64,000 bases of DNA. Origin: Rhynchopus sp. YZ270_cl-10 (lineage: Eukaryota). The stretch lies in the NCBI GenBank assembly GCA_964035575.1, contig OZ037839.1:1736001-1800000 (forward strand), read 5' to 3'. Of this stretch, positions 1 through 16,007 are shown piece after piece. Position 1 is the stretch's first letter; every line of letters starts with the position of its first letter. The translations under genes and the position numbers were made by a program. The notes beneath the pieces are model-generated. The model made no database searches. It saw nothing but the letters and a program-made list of their open reading frames with translations, and was not told the DNA's origin.

Positions 1-502
1 TTTTTTTTTTCAAAAAAAAAAAATGCATAAAAAAATACGCTCGTAAAGATATGGGACATCAACTAGGGATATCGGTTTCCTTATTATGTTTTTGTGCTTC
101 ATCCGGATGGCTGGCAGCGTACAGTGGGTTATGCCTGCATCTCAACAACTACTCTTGTGTTTTTTTTTTTTTTTTGTAAATCAAGGTACTTGACAATAGG
201 AAATAGAAACGACGGAAGGTGCGTGCCCGCCAGCTTGTGTTTTCTCACTCATTATTTTTTCTCTCTCATACAACACACACTTCAGCGAAAAAACACAACA
301 AGCTTGCGGAGCGATAAACGAAAAAGTTGTTTTTCATTGTTTTCTTTTTATTCAGAACCGAAAGTTAGTTTCTATTTTGGGAATTTTGGGAATTTTCTCA
401 CTCCCCTTTCTGTCTGCCTTTCGTTCGTAGAAAGCCTTTTGCACTTTCCTACTTGCATTATTTGAGGCTACCAAAAAAAAAAAAAAAAAAAAACGACGAG
501 AG

Positions 503-1857
503 CAGGGATGTTGCTAAACCGCGTAGTGGAATTCCAAAATCCTTGAGAGGTCGTTTTTTTTACGGGAAATTTTACGTGGGGAAGTCGTTTTTTTTACGGG
601 AAATTTTACGTGGGAAAATCCTTTTTTTTCCGGGAAATTTTGAGGAGTCTTTTTTTTTTCCGGGAAAATTCTGTAGGGTTGACCCGGGAGGCTGTACCTT
701 CAAATTTTTTTTTTGCCTGCGGCGCCAGTTTTCATGTTATGCTCCGCAAAAAAGGGTTCGTTGAGTGACTCTGTGGTGTAAATAGCTATATTTTTACACC
801 GTGCCCTAAATTTTTTTAGCCTGCGGCGCCATTTTATATTATTTTTTTTTGCTCCGCAAAAAAAAAATACAGTTCCGTATGTTCCCGATGGTACTTGTCT
901 TCTGAAGGAAAAGTACAAAGTGAACGTGGGGGCAGTTTGCGTAGTGGCAAACTTTGCTGCATGTTGTGACCCCACCATTTGACGGACAGAGCACGTAGAA
1001 CCCAATAAGGAGTGAGAAAGAAGGATATGGCCAAAGAAAAAAGTAGCGTACCGTGCGCCTGCGGCGCAAGCTTGCATTACACCCTTCTTATGACATAGTT
1101 TGGCTGTGAAAAAAGTGCAATTTTAAGCGCAATTTTTGAAATGTGGCGTACCGTGACTTCGCCAGAATGCGGTTTTCTCGAAGTTTTCTTGGAAAATGGG
1201 GACACTCTCGCACGGGTTTTGGAGGTTGCACCGGTCGTGCACTCCCCGTCTTTGGTTGCTGTTGAACAAGGATTCTCTCTCCTGACTACATCTACGCAAA
1301 GAGATGCCACCGCCTTTCTCATAGTACTATTGAGAAGCTGATGGTTCTTCATGAACAGGCACCCGAGTTTAACAACGAAAAGATGGGGAATATTCCTGAA
1401 CACGCTGTTGCCTTGTTTCTCAGCACAAGCGTCACAGGTTCAAGAGAAAACGGAGGTGTTCCTGCTGATGGCGGAAGAGTTGGAAGACTTCGCTCCCCCC
1501 GTATTTGCTTTCGGAATTGAGCTTCTGAGGACCTTTTTCGCGCAAAACTGGTGATTTCGGAAGTCGGTCAACGACCTGTCAGCGACGTGTCACGACCTGT
1601 CGGCGACCTGTCAATATCGACCCCTCCGGGAGCACCAAAAACGAAAGAAATTGGACGTGGGGTTCTCAAAATTTTCGGGGAAAACGGCATATTTAGCGAT
1701 AAGTGTGTTCGAAACGTATCATGTGGGCAAAAAAAATCATGATTTTCACCACCAGGGTCGAAAAATGTCCCTGATTCCTGTGTAAAAAAACCCGTAAAAA
1801 AACCCGAATTCCAAGCCCAAAAAGTGCGATTTTCGTAACTGTTTAGCGTCAGGTCTG
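503..1857. mobile_element. Non-autonomous hAT-like DNA transposon
   Basis: 8-bp TSD GACGAGAG at 495-502 and 1858-1865; imperfect TIRs CAGGGATGTTGCTAAAC / CAGACCTGACGCTAAAC; no transposase ORF; internal blocks shared with elements at 36575 and 37423. Confidence 0.8.
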
Positions 1858-2605
1858 GACGAGAGAATTAGAATAATCCAACAAACTTTTCTTTATTATT
1901 TTTTCTCTATTTTTTCTCAAAACCATTCGTCACATTATTTTTTTTTTTTATCAAAGATGTATTTATTTGTGCACGAACAGCACTTTCATCTTACAAGTCG
2001 TCTCTTTCCCCCCCAGAATATTTCCCTTTCCCCTCCGGCATTTTTCTCCTTCCTTACTCCGCTAGAAAAAAATAGTCACAAACGATCCACAACGTTTCCC
2101 TTCATTTTGCTTTGATGTTTGCACCGCACGAGGAGCACATTCATTTACCCCCCTCTTTTTGGTGCTATGGAAAACGACCTGTCAATATAGGGGGTGCCCT
2201 TTTTAAAATTTACCATTTGCATTTTGTGTTTGTGTGTGTGTTTTTTTTCCCCACCCAAAATCGTAGGAGAAATTAATAAATGGCACCCCTACGTCAACGA
2301 CCTGTCAGCGACCCTGTCAATATCGATCCCCCACTCCGGAGCACCAAAAACTTTTCAATATTTTTTTGTTTTTATTTTTATTTTTCTCTCTTACACTTTA
2401 GAGCATCCCTTCTTGTTTCTTTCCTTATTTTTATTTTTATTTTTTTTGTATTTTTTTCCCTCGACAAACCAAAAAAAGGTGATTGTCGACACAACAAAAA
2501 AACCACTTTCTCCTCTCAAGCGAATCAACACTTTTATAAATAGTATATGTACAACACCCCCTCCTCGAGAGAGGGCACGTCTGTATTTATACAATCTTTA
2601 TCATA

Positions 2606-2713
2606 TGCTTGGACCGCCCAAAATATATTTCGGGTGAATTCGGGCCAGATTTTTCAGGCGCGGGTCCCGAGTGCCCGAAATGTGCCCGAAATATATTTGG
2701 CGCTCTCCAAGTA
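2606..2713. repeat. Short palindromic MITE-like element
   Basis: Arms CTTGGAccgcccAAAATATATTTCGGG and CCCGAAATATATTTggcgctcTCCAAG are inverted copies; no clear TSD. Confidence 0.45.
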
Positions 2714-2847
2714 TGGTTAATAATCAGCTATTTTGAAGTAATATTCAAAAAAAAAATTTTTGGGGGCAACAGTATTGGAGTATGCCATTGGTAAGCAATG
2801 GTATTTCAATGATGATATAGGTGAGAAACACCTCCCCTTTTTTTGCC

Positions 2848-4212
2848 TGCACGTTTAGGAAGGCAACTTCCTTCTTTAGCCCCACCGAGCTCCATTTTTT
2901 TTTTTTTTTTGGTTGTAGGACCGTGCATGGGTCCGTTCCCTAAAAAGGAATGGTATTTTTTTTTTTTCAAAAAACAAAAAGAACAACAAAACGTAGATTT
3001 CTCAACAACGGCTGTCTGTACATCTCCAGGCGGCTCCATCAGATTATAAGAAAACAAGGGGTAAACGAAGAGCTCAAAAGCGTCAGGAGGTGTGTCTGCT
3101 GATCAACAACTATCATTTTTCTCTCTTTTTTCATTTTTCTTTCTTCTTTTTTTTTCTCTTTCCCCCACCCACTAAATAGTACCCGAGACATGTCACTTTG
3201 CGGTTAAGGTGCACTGTCACGAGAGGGTTTTTTGTATTTTCAAGTCAACTTTTTGTTGTTTTGTCTCAAAATTGGTGGCCCTGGTGCAAAAGCTCCGACA
3301 GAGCAAAACCGGCCCCTTTTTTCGATACTATTACAACACAAAAAATCGACACAAAAAAAGACACCCCAAGGACACATGCTCAAGGGGTGGTTACAGTAAG
3401 ACAACAAACATCGATGGGGTAAAAACCCCTCCCTAGAGTTTTGAAATCCCAAAACCTTAGTTTTTACCCCTCTGGTGCTTTTACCAGTGGACATCACTTA
3501 CTTTGGTGAACATAGAAAATATGGGGGAAATGAGGTGAGATATTGGGGAAAAGGGTGGGACTTTGCCATCAAAAGTCTCATGCCTAGGGGTAAAAACATC
3601 GGAGAGGTAAAAAACCTCTCCTTAGAGTTTTGAAATCCCAAAATCCACCTTAGTTTTTACCCACTCCGGTGTTTTGTTGTCTCACTGTAATTTTATTTTA
3701 TTTTTTTTTGGTGGTGCATAAAGCGTACTCATTCTATTTGCTCTCTGTTACGGATCCTGTGAAGGAAAAAAAAAAAAATCGTGGCTGCTATCTACTGATT
3801 ATCAATGATAGTGGTCTATTGGTCTATCACAAACAAACAATACATTTTGGTGGTGTCTAACTCCATACACCCAAATGAGCTCATCGTCTACACCCACTCA
3901 TCAAAAACAAACAGAGCTCAAAGCACTTTTCAAAACAAACAAAAAAAAATTTTTTTTTTTCAAACCCCCATATTAGCTCATCAACAAACCACAATACGAT
4001 TGTTTTGAGTGTAAGACGCACAAAATAAAATTTTTTTATATGAACGGGCAGTGTAACACTGTGTTGTGGAAGAAGGGGGGGGGGGGGGGGGGGAAACAGT
4101 TGTGTGACAGTGTGCACGTTTAGGAAGGCAACTTCCTATTAAGCCCACCGACTCCATTTTCTTGGAGCTTTCCAGGACCGTACATTGCTCCGTTCCCTAA
4201 AAAGGAATGGTA
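2848..4212 (+). repeat. Dispersed ~100-bp direct repeat (2848-2955 and 4113-4212)
   Basis: TGCACGTTTAGGAAGGCAACTTCCT...TCCGTTCCCTAAAAAGGAATGGTA is present twice with substitutions. Confidence 0.7.
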
Positions 4213-5357
4213 AAAAAATTTTTTTTCCAAAAAACAGAACAAAATCAACCAATTTTTCTCCGCACACTACTTTGTGAGGCGGAAAGTGTCACGTCGTTCA
4301 CCCCCCTCTACAAAGTTGCGACAGTAGTGTGTAGAAGCGTTAACGCAAAACCAACCATTAATTGGGACACACATTCCGAGCCAGGAATTACCCAGAACTC
4401 ATTTCAAAACATACTGACGGATTTTTGCAATAGTTAAGTGGCGCTTTTTTTTCCCCGCGCGGCGTTGTAACCTCGTTGTAACCAAATTTGTCAAAAAAGA
4501 AAAGAAAAGAAAAGAAAGTACAGATCAGATCCTGCACTAGCAGGCGATTGATCGACAACTAAAGGTGTGACCAGAAGCATCTTCTGCATGTTCATGAAAG
4601 AATCGCATTAAGTCTATTATTTGCTCTGATGAAAACATAGTGGAGCTCATCCCTCTGTGTGTCTACGGCAGTGGGTTCGCAATTTTTTTTTCACGGCCCC
4701 CCTCCGAGGGGGGGTTCTGTTTCCTGCCATTTTTGTTTTTGTTTGTTTACCTCAAGCAAAACGCCCCGGCGTCCTTTCCTCCCTGACCTACTTGGCATTG
4801 CTCATCAAAAATAAAATAACGATTGTTTTTGGGGTGTAAAATACAGCACAAAAAACGTCGTGTTCATTGGTAGTTACTTTAAAATAGTTTAGTACAGTGG
4901 ATCCCATTCTCGGGGTGTGACTACTACGATGAAGATTTCAAAAATGAAAAACAGAGCGCACAACGCAGAACAAAAAGAAACAAACTTTTGGGTGTGGCTG
5001 AAGGGGGGGACCTTCAAGGGGGGGTGATTCGCATTTTTGCCTTTTTTTCACCCCACACCAAAAAATTTTTTTGAGGGCTGATTCGCACTTCTTGCGTACT
5101 TTTTGTACCCCCACCATTCAGCCACATCAAACAAACTGTTTTTCTTTCTCTCTCCAAACAAGTCATTGCATTGTATTAGGTGTAAAGAAAAAGTCCTTCT
5201 CGGGGAAACCCCAAAACCCCAAAAACAAGCTACACCACAAAAGGGTATTCTTCTGGTGGACTTCTGGTTGTGGTGGTGGCAGCAGTGCTGAGTGCATGGA
5301 GACGCAGGTCTGGGGCTGCGTACGATGGGTACTCCTAACCAAAAGCTGAGATCACAG

Positions 5358-5686
5358 AGGCTAAGGGTTTTCCCCCCCTTTCGACATCCATTTTTGGACG
5401 TTTTTGGGGGTAGAAAAAAGGCCACACCACAAAAGGGATATTCTTTGAGGGTGGGGCGCACTCCTTGCATCTATGGTGGTCAATACTTTGTGGTGGGAAA
5501 TGATTCAAACATCTGAGACTTGTAGTTTATTCCCTTTCCCTATTATTGTGTACTCACCTCATTTCTGTACTTCAGGCTAAGGGTTTTTCCCCCTTTTGGC
5601 ATCCATTTCTGGACGTTTTTGGGGGTAGAAAACAAGCCACACCACAAGAGGGATATTATTGGAGGGGTAGGGCGCACTCCTTGCAT
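5358..5686 (+). repeat. Local ~113-bp direct duplication (5358-5470 and 5574-5686)
   Basis: AGGCTAAGGGTTTT...GGACGTTTTTGGGGGTAGAAAA...GCGCACTCCTTGCAT is present twice. Confidence 0.7.
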
Positions 5687-5789
5687 TTAGATTTTGGGTG
5701 TCAAACACATCATCAAACTTTGCTCTTTTTCCGCAGGCACTTTTCAATTTATTCTGCATTTTTTTTTTTTAACCCCCCCTTTTTAAAAA

Positions 5790-5820
5790 GGTGACTAAGC
5801 ACGAGAGGCTTAGGGTCATC
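5790..5820 (+). other. Recurrent stem-loop motif GGTGACTAAGCACGAGAGGCTTAGG(A/G)TCATC
   Basis: CTAAGC/GCTTAG stem with outer GGTGA/TCATC stem; further copies at 6607, 14098, 44515, 44928 and partial copies at 20331 and 50122. Confidence 0.65.
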
Positions 5821-7273
5821 TTATAAACTTTTCTTTTTTTTGTTCCATCCCTGTTAAAAGATAAAGCAATTTCTTTGCTTGTTGTTTTTTAGTTTGAAAG
5901 AATTCTTAGAAAAAAAGGAATGAATGCTGTTTTTTGTATTTTCTTTGAAATATTTTGAAAGATACCAACCCCCTCTATTCCACCACTGCATCACTGCCTC
6001 TTTAAAAAAAAAGGCGACACATGATCCATTGCGAACACTGTGAAAAATTCATTTTTGTCTAAAAGGACACAAAACACAATACAGTGATATTTTTTTTTTA
6101 CCCCTCATTGTCGATGCTATCAAATAAAGGGAGACCCTAAGAACTGCATTTTTTTTTATATGTGCATGAAGGCTTTCGGGCCATATCCTCCCCACCCAAG
6201 AAAAACAAAATAACGTTCACTGAACCAGATGGTTTGTAGAGCGAAGGAAAGAAATATTGTTTCATTTTATTTTATTTTTTTCATTTTTTTTTTTTTTTCC
6301 ATTTTCATTGATACGTTTAATGCAAGCCCAATCCACCACAGGCTGCATATACTTTACCTCTCCCCCTCCCCCTTTTAGATGTGTGTCACCGAGAGACACG
6401 TATCTCTTACTTCAATCTTTTAATTTCCCCCCCCTTTTTTCGAGATATCTAAGTCATCACGAGGCTTAAGTTCGTTTTTTTTTTTTGTGCACTTAACTCT
6501 TGACAAAATTGCACTCATTTTAGGTAAGCACGAAGGTGCTGGCCTTGTCCATACTAAATGCAACACATTTTTCCCCTCAAGAGTGGGTTGTGACAGAGCC
6601 GCGCTAGGTGACTAAGAGAACGAGAAAGCTTGGAGTCATCTTACGCGACAGCGAAATTTGACGATTTGAATTATGGTATATTTTGAGATTCCCACCGTTG
6701 GATTAAAACAGTGAAAATTACAAAAGTAAAACTACAAGTCAAGTCATTCACTTCACCCTGTCGTGTGTTAAACTTTTTTCTTCACACCACCTCCCTTTTT
6801 TTTCTTCGATATTTTTCTTACCCCATTTTGGTCTGGACAATACGTCGTGCTTTTCGAGGGGACTTACCTCGCTTCTTAGTGATGTGGTAGCTGCACGAAG
6901 AAAGCCAGATATCCGTGACATTTCACTTTTTTTTTTGTTGTTTGTATTTTTTTGTTGGAAAAAAAAATATCTGCACCACAACAGCTTATATGCACACACC
7001 CCATATCTCCCTCTCTCTCTATCTCTCTTCCCTTTTCAACACTCCCACACCAATAATATAAAATTGTGGAGATATCGTCGTACTGTTCCCCTAAACCTTT
7101 TTTTTTTGGGAAATATTCATATTGGAACCGAAACTTTGGGGAACCGGTCATTTCGGAACCGGGAACCGGGGAACCGGGAACCGGTTCCCGGGAACCATAC
7201 GGGGGGAACCAGGGAACCGGTTCCCGGGGACCGGTTCCCTGGTTCCCGTGTGGTTCCCCCTGTGGTTCCCCGT

Positions 7274-7979
7274 TACTGGGTACTGGGTACTGGGTACTGG
7301 GTACTGGGTACTGGGTACTGGGTACTGGGTACTGGGTACTGGGTACTGGGTACTGGGTACTGGGTACTGGGTACTGGGTACTGGGTACTGGGTACTGGGT
7401 ACTGGGTACTGGGTACTGGGTACTGGGTACTGGGTACTGGGTACTGGGTACTGGGTACTGGGTACTGGGTACTGGGTACTGGGTACTGGGTACTGGGTAC
7501 TGGGTACTGGGTACTGGGTACTGGGTACTGGGTACTGGGTACTGGGTACTGGGTACTGGGTACTGGGTACTGGGTACTGGGTACTGGGTACTGGGTACTG
7601 GGTACTGGGTACTGGGTACTGGGTACTGGGTACTGGGTACTGGGTACTGGGTACTGGGTACTGGGTACTGGGTACTGGGTACTGGGTACTGGGTACTGGG
7701 TACTGGGTACTGGGTACTGGGTACTGGGTACTGGGTACTGGGTACTGGGTACTGGGTACTGGGTACTGGGTACTGGGTACTGGGTACTGGGTACTGGGTA
7801 CTGGGTACTGGGTACTGGGTACTGGGTACTGGGTACTGGGTACTGGGTACTGGGTACTGGGTACTGGGTACTGGGTACTGGGTACTGGGTACTGGGTACT
7901 GGGTACTGGGTACTGGGTACTGGGTACTGGGTACTGGGTACTGGGTACTGGGTACTGGGTACTGGGTACTGGGTACTGG
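7274..7979 (+). repeat. Perfect (GGGTACT)n array, ~100 units
   Basis: Read directly; starts immediately inside the left TIR. Confidence 0.97.
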
Positions 7980-9582
7980 CCAGAGAAGGCACCTTGACAG
8001 CTTACAGGTTACGGTGAAGATAAGGTTGTAAATGTGTTTAACTTTCAGATGTGTTTTACTTGTGTAGATTCAACAAGACGTCCAGTGGTTTGCGGTATTT
8101 TTTTAGTGTCTGTTTTAGTGTGAGTTTTGAAAAGGTTCTGTAGTACAACGCTTTCGTACGCCGTGTTTCACCACTTTTTTCATTAACCTAACTACTTCTA
8201 CGTTTGTACACCATAACTTAATCACACCCCACATTTATACAGGATCGTGAAATATGACTGTATCTGCGATTGCGATGAAAGAAGCTTCGCCTCGTCCGAC
8301 ATTCAACAACTCAAAATTCAACGGGTGTTCACCCGCATCAGTCTATTCTGGTTTGCGGGTGAAATACCTGGGGGTGGAAGGGTGGGGGGAACATTTTGTC
8401 AGTCACTGCTATAGCCATTTAACCCAGGGAGCATAGCTAGTGCAAGAAATTCGACTTTGGAAACCTTCCGGAAAGTCTGTCCTCTGCTTGCGGAGGACTA
8501 GACACAAGAAAATATTGCGTTCCCCCAGAAAACCAGTGCACATTTCACACTCCTTGTGGGTGGTCTTGTTGCCTTTTCGTCATAGTAGTTTTGGCCCAGG
8601 CATGCTCTTGAAGCATGGCAATTTAGTGTGTATGGGGCAGGGTGTTGTTTTGTTCTGAATTCTCTTTGTTATAACATCTAAGTCAATCGCGGGTGGTGGT
8701 TTGTGTAGCGTGAGGCACTCTTTTTAGCAAACTTCCTGCGGCTGCTAAAGTGTTATTTCTTCGGATTTAACAACGTACAGCGTAACATAGTGGTTTAGCC
8801 TGGTCGACACAACCTTTGATAGATACGGGATAACCAACCCCCTTCGACCCCTCGTGGGTTCACTGAACAAGCCCTAGTGGTAGTTAAACGCGATTGACAT
8901 TTACATTCCTAGAGATGAAAGAACAAGATAACACTTCTGTACCCGCGCATCAAAATTGTGGAAAACTTTGCACCCCAAACACCCTCAACAACGCCCGCCA
9001 AAAGGCGCCCCTTGTTGCTGGGAGTTGTTCTCATGTTTGATACCTGCACAGCGGGCATTCCTCTGAGTCCAACGCATGTTTGGCCTGTCTGCGGCGTTGT
9101 ACTTCAGGTGCACGAAGACAGGGTCTGGTGGTAAATTTTGCGTAGTACTGCGACGTGGTACTGCGTGGGTCTGGGAATTTGGGTACCTGGGTACAGGAAA
9201 TTTGTTGTGGAAGACATCAACCACCATGCATTGAGGAGGGTAAGACAGTGTTCGCAGTTTCTACCTGATAGCATTACAACATTTAACTTCTCCACGGGGG
9301 TCTTGGGCCGTTCACTCGGTTCTACCTTGACTACCGGAAGATATTCTTGAGGCCTTTTTGGTCTCTAGAATATCCGGTCTTCCCGAACGGAGGCACACTT
9401 TGTGTGTTACTACGACCTGGCAATTTCCAGCAGTAGGTTAAGTAATCTTTCTTGTAAATTGTTGGATCATTATCTCCTCAGTGCATGAATGCCCCACGTG
9501 ACTGGACACTTTTGTGTTTGTCATGTGGAGCTGTGGTTGCTCTTTCACGACTTTTTTCCTGTTCCTGGGTACCTGTTCCTGG

Positions 9583-9653
9583 ACCTGGGTACCTGGGTAC
9601 CTGGGTACCTGGGTACCTGGGTACCTGGGTACCTGGGTACCTGGGTACCTGGG
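9583..9653 (+). repeat. (GGGTACCT)n array, ~8-9 units
   Basis: Read directly; lies inside the right subterminal region of the MULE-like element. Confidence 0.9.
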
Positions 9654-10286
9654 GAACCAGGGAACCAGGGAACCGGTTCCCTGGTTCCCCCTGTACGGTT
9701 CCCGGGAACCACAGGGGGGAACCTTAGGGGAACCAGGGAACCGGTTCCCGGGAACCGGTTCCCTGGTTCCCGGGAACCACAGGGGAACCACAGGGGGAAC
9801 CACACGGGAACCAGGGAACTGGTTCCCGGAACCAGTTCCCTGGTTCCCCCCGTATGGTTCCCGGGAACCGGTTCCCGGTTCCCCGGTTCCCGGTTCCGAA
9901 ATGACCGGTTCCCCAAAGTTCTGGTTCCAATATGAATATTTCCCTTTTTTTTTTATTTTTTCAAAACACTTTTTTTCTTCAAATAATTTTTTTTTCAGCC
10001 CCCTAAAAACAATACTCTCATCACCAGAGGGACTGTTGTTGTGCTGCGAATTTGGAAAAACGGGAAAACAAAAAAAGAGGGTGATTTTTTTTTTCCTTCT
10101 CCTCCTGACACACCTTTCTTCTCTCCCTTCTCTCCTCATGTCTTCTTCTATGTTGAAGAAGCTTCACTTCAACTTGAGAGTCTTTCAAGCTATAGAATGA
10201 TCTCCAGCAGCATGCCCCTGACCTTACCCGTAAACCCGTAAACCCGTTTACACCTTACGCTCAGAAAGGGATGCAAAAAACAGTTA

Positions 10287-10400
10287 CAGTAGGACAAGAA
10301 ACTTGGCGACCAAAAAAATTGGCGAAATAATATTGGCGGATTTTGGGGGTTTTTCTTGCAAATTGGCGATTTTTGGTCGCCAGTATTACTTGGCCTACTG
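10287..10400. mobile_element. Tc1/mariner-pogo-type MITE
   Basis: TA on both sides (10285-10286, 10401-10402); ~30-bp imperfect TIRs CAGTAGG(A/C)CAAG...TGGCGACCAAAAA. Confidence 0.75.
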
Positions 10401-10436
10401 TAATGCATTACCTTGTCTCGATTCCCTGCTGGAAGC

Positions 10437-10663
10437 GCTGAATGCTGAATGCTGAATGCTGAATGCTGAATGCTGAATGCTGAATGCTGAATGCTGAATG
10501 CTGAATGCTGAATGCTGAATGCTGAATGCTGAATGCTGAATGCTGAATGCTGAATGCTGAATGCTGAATGCTGAATGCTGAATGCTGAATGCTGAATGCT
10601 GAATGCTGAATGCTGAATGCTGAATGCTGAATGCTGAATGCTGAATGCTGAATGCTGAATGCT
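10437..10663 (+). repeat. Perfect (GCTGAAT)n array, ~32 units
   Basis: Read directly. Confidence 0.95.
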
Positions 10664-11060
10664 TTCAATATGACATCTTTATGAACACAGCTCATGGTCA
10701 CTTTCTCAAGGTGGAGCCAAAGCGAGTCATGACAACGTCTGGAACTATCTGAGGATTATCCGGTCCCAGTGCAGCACAGCCTTGTCGCATTCTCTCTTCA
10801 TCTGTGCACCCATTTTTGTTTTTTTTAATCTGTCACAGCTGCTCGCGCTCTTCCAAAACTACCACCCCATACAAAGATATCGTACAGATATATCGCCGCA
10901 AGCAGGAGGAAACCCAATGTACTGTTTCCGAAGTGTCTTTACTAACTTAGCAATCAGGGGTGCGGTGATCAAAACCCATAGGTAGTTTTCGTCCATCGCT
11001 TGATGTACTATTCTCAAAATCATTTCAATTTCCTCAAAAAAACAGGGTAAAAAAATAATA

Positions 11061-13907
<2,847 letters not shown>

Positions 13908-14375
13908 GTAGAAAGATCTTGAGGCGGCGAGAGCAAGGGGGGTACACCCCTATCCCGCCTCTGAGGGGGTGTCTGAGGTGGTTGTCATTAGACACGCATT
14001 AGCGACACAAAACAACATCGGAAAAAACGTTTCAAAAATAAAGAACAATAAAAAAACGAATATAACGAAAAAGGACAGTCATGTGGAGGAGACATTAGGT
14101 GACCAAGCACAGAGGCTTAGGATCATCTTATGTTTAGTTTGCTGTAGTCTTTGTAGGGTGGGTGGGGAGGGAGGGGAGGAAAGCATCAGATCTGATGTGG
14201 GTGACAACAAAAAAAATGTGATCATTTTTTGAGCCCAAAGAAGAAAACAAAAGTCCGCGAGAGAAACTGCACAAAAGGCAATATTATGGAAACCACCCCA
14301 CACTAGTTGCCACTTCCACTTCTTGTTCATATGGGAAGAGTACTTGGATAAGTAAAAAAAACACAAAGAAAGCTA

Positions 14376-14429
14376 TTTTGTTGTATCTTGCCTCCCTCCT
14401 CCTCCTTCTCAACACTTACCCCACAACAG
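14376..14429 (+). promoter_or_regulatory. Pyrimidine tract + AG, putative spliced-leader trans-splice acceptor of UBL-LRR genes
   Basis: TTTTGTTGTATCTTGCCTCCCTCCTCCTCCTTCTC...ACAG ends 21 nt before the ATG and is conserved in copies 1, 2, 3 and 6; trans-splicing is established for Euglenozoa. Confidence 0.5.
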
Positions 14430-14450
14430 AGCAACACTTCACTCGAAACA

Positions 14451-16007
14451 ATGGAACTGTGTGTGCAGGGATATGATGATGAAACCAAATTCGTGATTGA
14501 GGTGGGTGAGAAGGACACAACGGAGACGATGCGGCAGAAGGTGGCGTCTGCAACAGGGTTGTGCGAAGACAGCTTCCGCATGGGCTTCGGAGGGAAGGAG
14601 GAAGGAGAGGACATCACAGAACTGAGTGCTGGAGACACAGTCGTGTTGACGAAAACTACTAAGTACGCATCTGTTGAGGAACTTCGTGCCTTGGGTGAGA
14701 CAGACATTTCCGAAGCGAGGTTGCGGACTGTGAAGGATCCTGAGGTGGCTTCTCTGCTTCTTCAGGCGGAGGTTGCGACTGAGATTCCGATGAACTTCTT
14801 AAAAAAAGAATCGTTTACGAGACTTGATCTCTCTGCTGTGTCTGGGGTGACGCGAATTGAGCAAGGCTTCCTCTACGAGTGTGCGTCGGTGGAAACGGTT
14901 GACTTGTCGGGATTGTGCAACGTTACGCACATCGGGCATGACTGTCTCTCTCGCTGCACATCGTTGACAAGCCTTGACGTGTCAGGGTTCACTGGTGTGA
15001 CGGTGATAGGGAACGCGTTCCTAGGAGGAAGTGGCGTCACAAAGCTTGACTTATCCGCGATGACGAGTGTGACGACGGTTGGTGACTACTTCCTCCACCG
15101 CTGCACGTCGCTGAAAAGGATTGACATCTCAGGATGGCGCAGAGTCACGCACATTGAGAATTACTTCCTCAAGCACTGCACCTCGTTGGCAACGATTGAT
15201 TTATCAGCTTTTTGCAGTGTCACGAAGATCGGCTCCGAGTTTCTCCGCGACTGCAAGTCGTTGACCACCATCAGCTTTTCAGGGATGACCAATGTGACGG
15301 ACATTGGGGACAGGTTTTGTGTGGACTGCACCTCGTTGGAAACGATTGACTTGACAGCACTGCACAGGGTTGTGAAGGTGGGTCACAACTTTCTTACGAG
15401 GTGCACCTCGCTGAGAAGTATCGACCTCTCAGCTTTTGGGAGTGCGACAGACGTTGGGTTCTACTTTCTTAGTAGCTGTTCATCACTGAAAATAGTTGAT
15501 TTATCAGTGTTGCGCAGCATCATGACAATTACGCCAAACTGGATGCAAGGGTGCTCCGCGTTGACAACAGCAGACTTCTCAGGACTGAGCAATGTTAAGA
15601 ACATTAGGACACATTTCCTGGATGAGTGCACATCCTTGACCACGCTGGACATGTCAGGTTTTGGCAGGGACACAATGATACACGACGACTTCCTGCTCAA
15701 CTGCAACGCACTCACAACAGTCGTCTTGCCAGGCAACATCGACATTGACGAGATCTCTCTCCCGAATGGAGACACCCACGCGAAGACCTTGCATGAACGT
15801 ATGCGTGGCATTTACGCAAGGTTTACGGAACAGTTCGCAGATGTGCGGATAGAAGCTTTTGAGGCAGTACGAACAGACGTGTCTGGAGATGCAAGACAAT
15901 GTATTGCATTGAAAGCAGGACAAGAAGGAGACGGTTTGATGCAAGCACACGAGGACAAGAAGGAGGGGGAAAAAGAGAATTTGGAGAGTTGGGGGCAGCA
16001 TAAATAA
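14451..16007 (+). CDS. UBL-LRR protein copy 1 (N-terminal ubiquitin-like domain + 13 BspA/TpLRR-like repeats)
   Basis: Intact ORF from MELCV; ~25-aa repeats CxSLxxIDLSxxxxVTxIGxxFL; N-terminus ...IEVGEKDTTETMRQKVASATGL...FGGKE resembles a ubiquitin fold. Confidence 0.85.
   Translation: MELCVQGYDDETKFVIEVGEKDTTETMRQKVASATGLCEDSFRMGFGGKEEGEDITELSAGDTVVLTKTTKYASVEELRALGETDISEARLRTVKDPEVASLLLQAEVATEIPMNFLKKESFTRLDLSAVSGVTRIEQGFLYECASVETVDLSGLCNVTHIGHDCLSRCTSLTSLDVSGFTGVTVIGNAFLGGSGVTKLDLSAMTSVTTVGDYFLHRCTSLKRIDISGWRRVTHIENYFLKHCTSLATIDLSAFCSVTKIGSEFLRDCKSLTTISFSGMTNVTDIGDRFCVDCTSLETIDLTALHRVVKVGHNFLTRCTSLRSIDLSAFGSATDVGFYFLSSCSSLKIVDLSVLRSIMTITPNWMQGCSALTTADFSGLSNVKNIRTHFLDECTSLTTLDMSGFGRDTMIHDDFLLNCNALTTVVLPGNIDIDEISLPNGDTHAKTLHERMRGIYARFTEQFADVRIEAFEAVRTDVSGDARQCIALKAGQEGDGLMQAHEDKKEGEKENLESWGQHK

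Larger units (their letters stand above)
7108..9944. mobile_element. Non-autonomous Mutator/MULE-like element
   Basis: ~163-bp TIRs (7108-7271, 9782-9944) starting GGGAAATATTCATATTGGAACC; T10 on both sides (9-10-bp TSD); no transposase. Confidence 0.8.

Noticed and set aside
5562..5572. TTTCTGTACTT resembling the spliced-leader 3' end
   Set aside because: Only 11 nt, with no rest of the SL exon or adjacent GT donor
7274..7979. Telomere
   Set aside because: Internal, enclosed by TIRs, and not TTAGGG
6884..8031. ORFs with GTGYWVL / STQYPVP repeats
   Set aside because: Translations of the stop-free (GGGTACT)n array, open in several frames
14388..14450. N-terminal extensions of LRR ORFs (also 18270, 21157, 61687) and of the 52736 ORF
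   Set aside because: Mostly non-ATG starts running through pyrimidine tracts; copies 4 and 5 start at MEL, which fixes the family start
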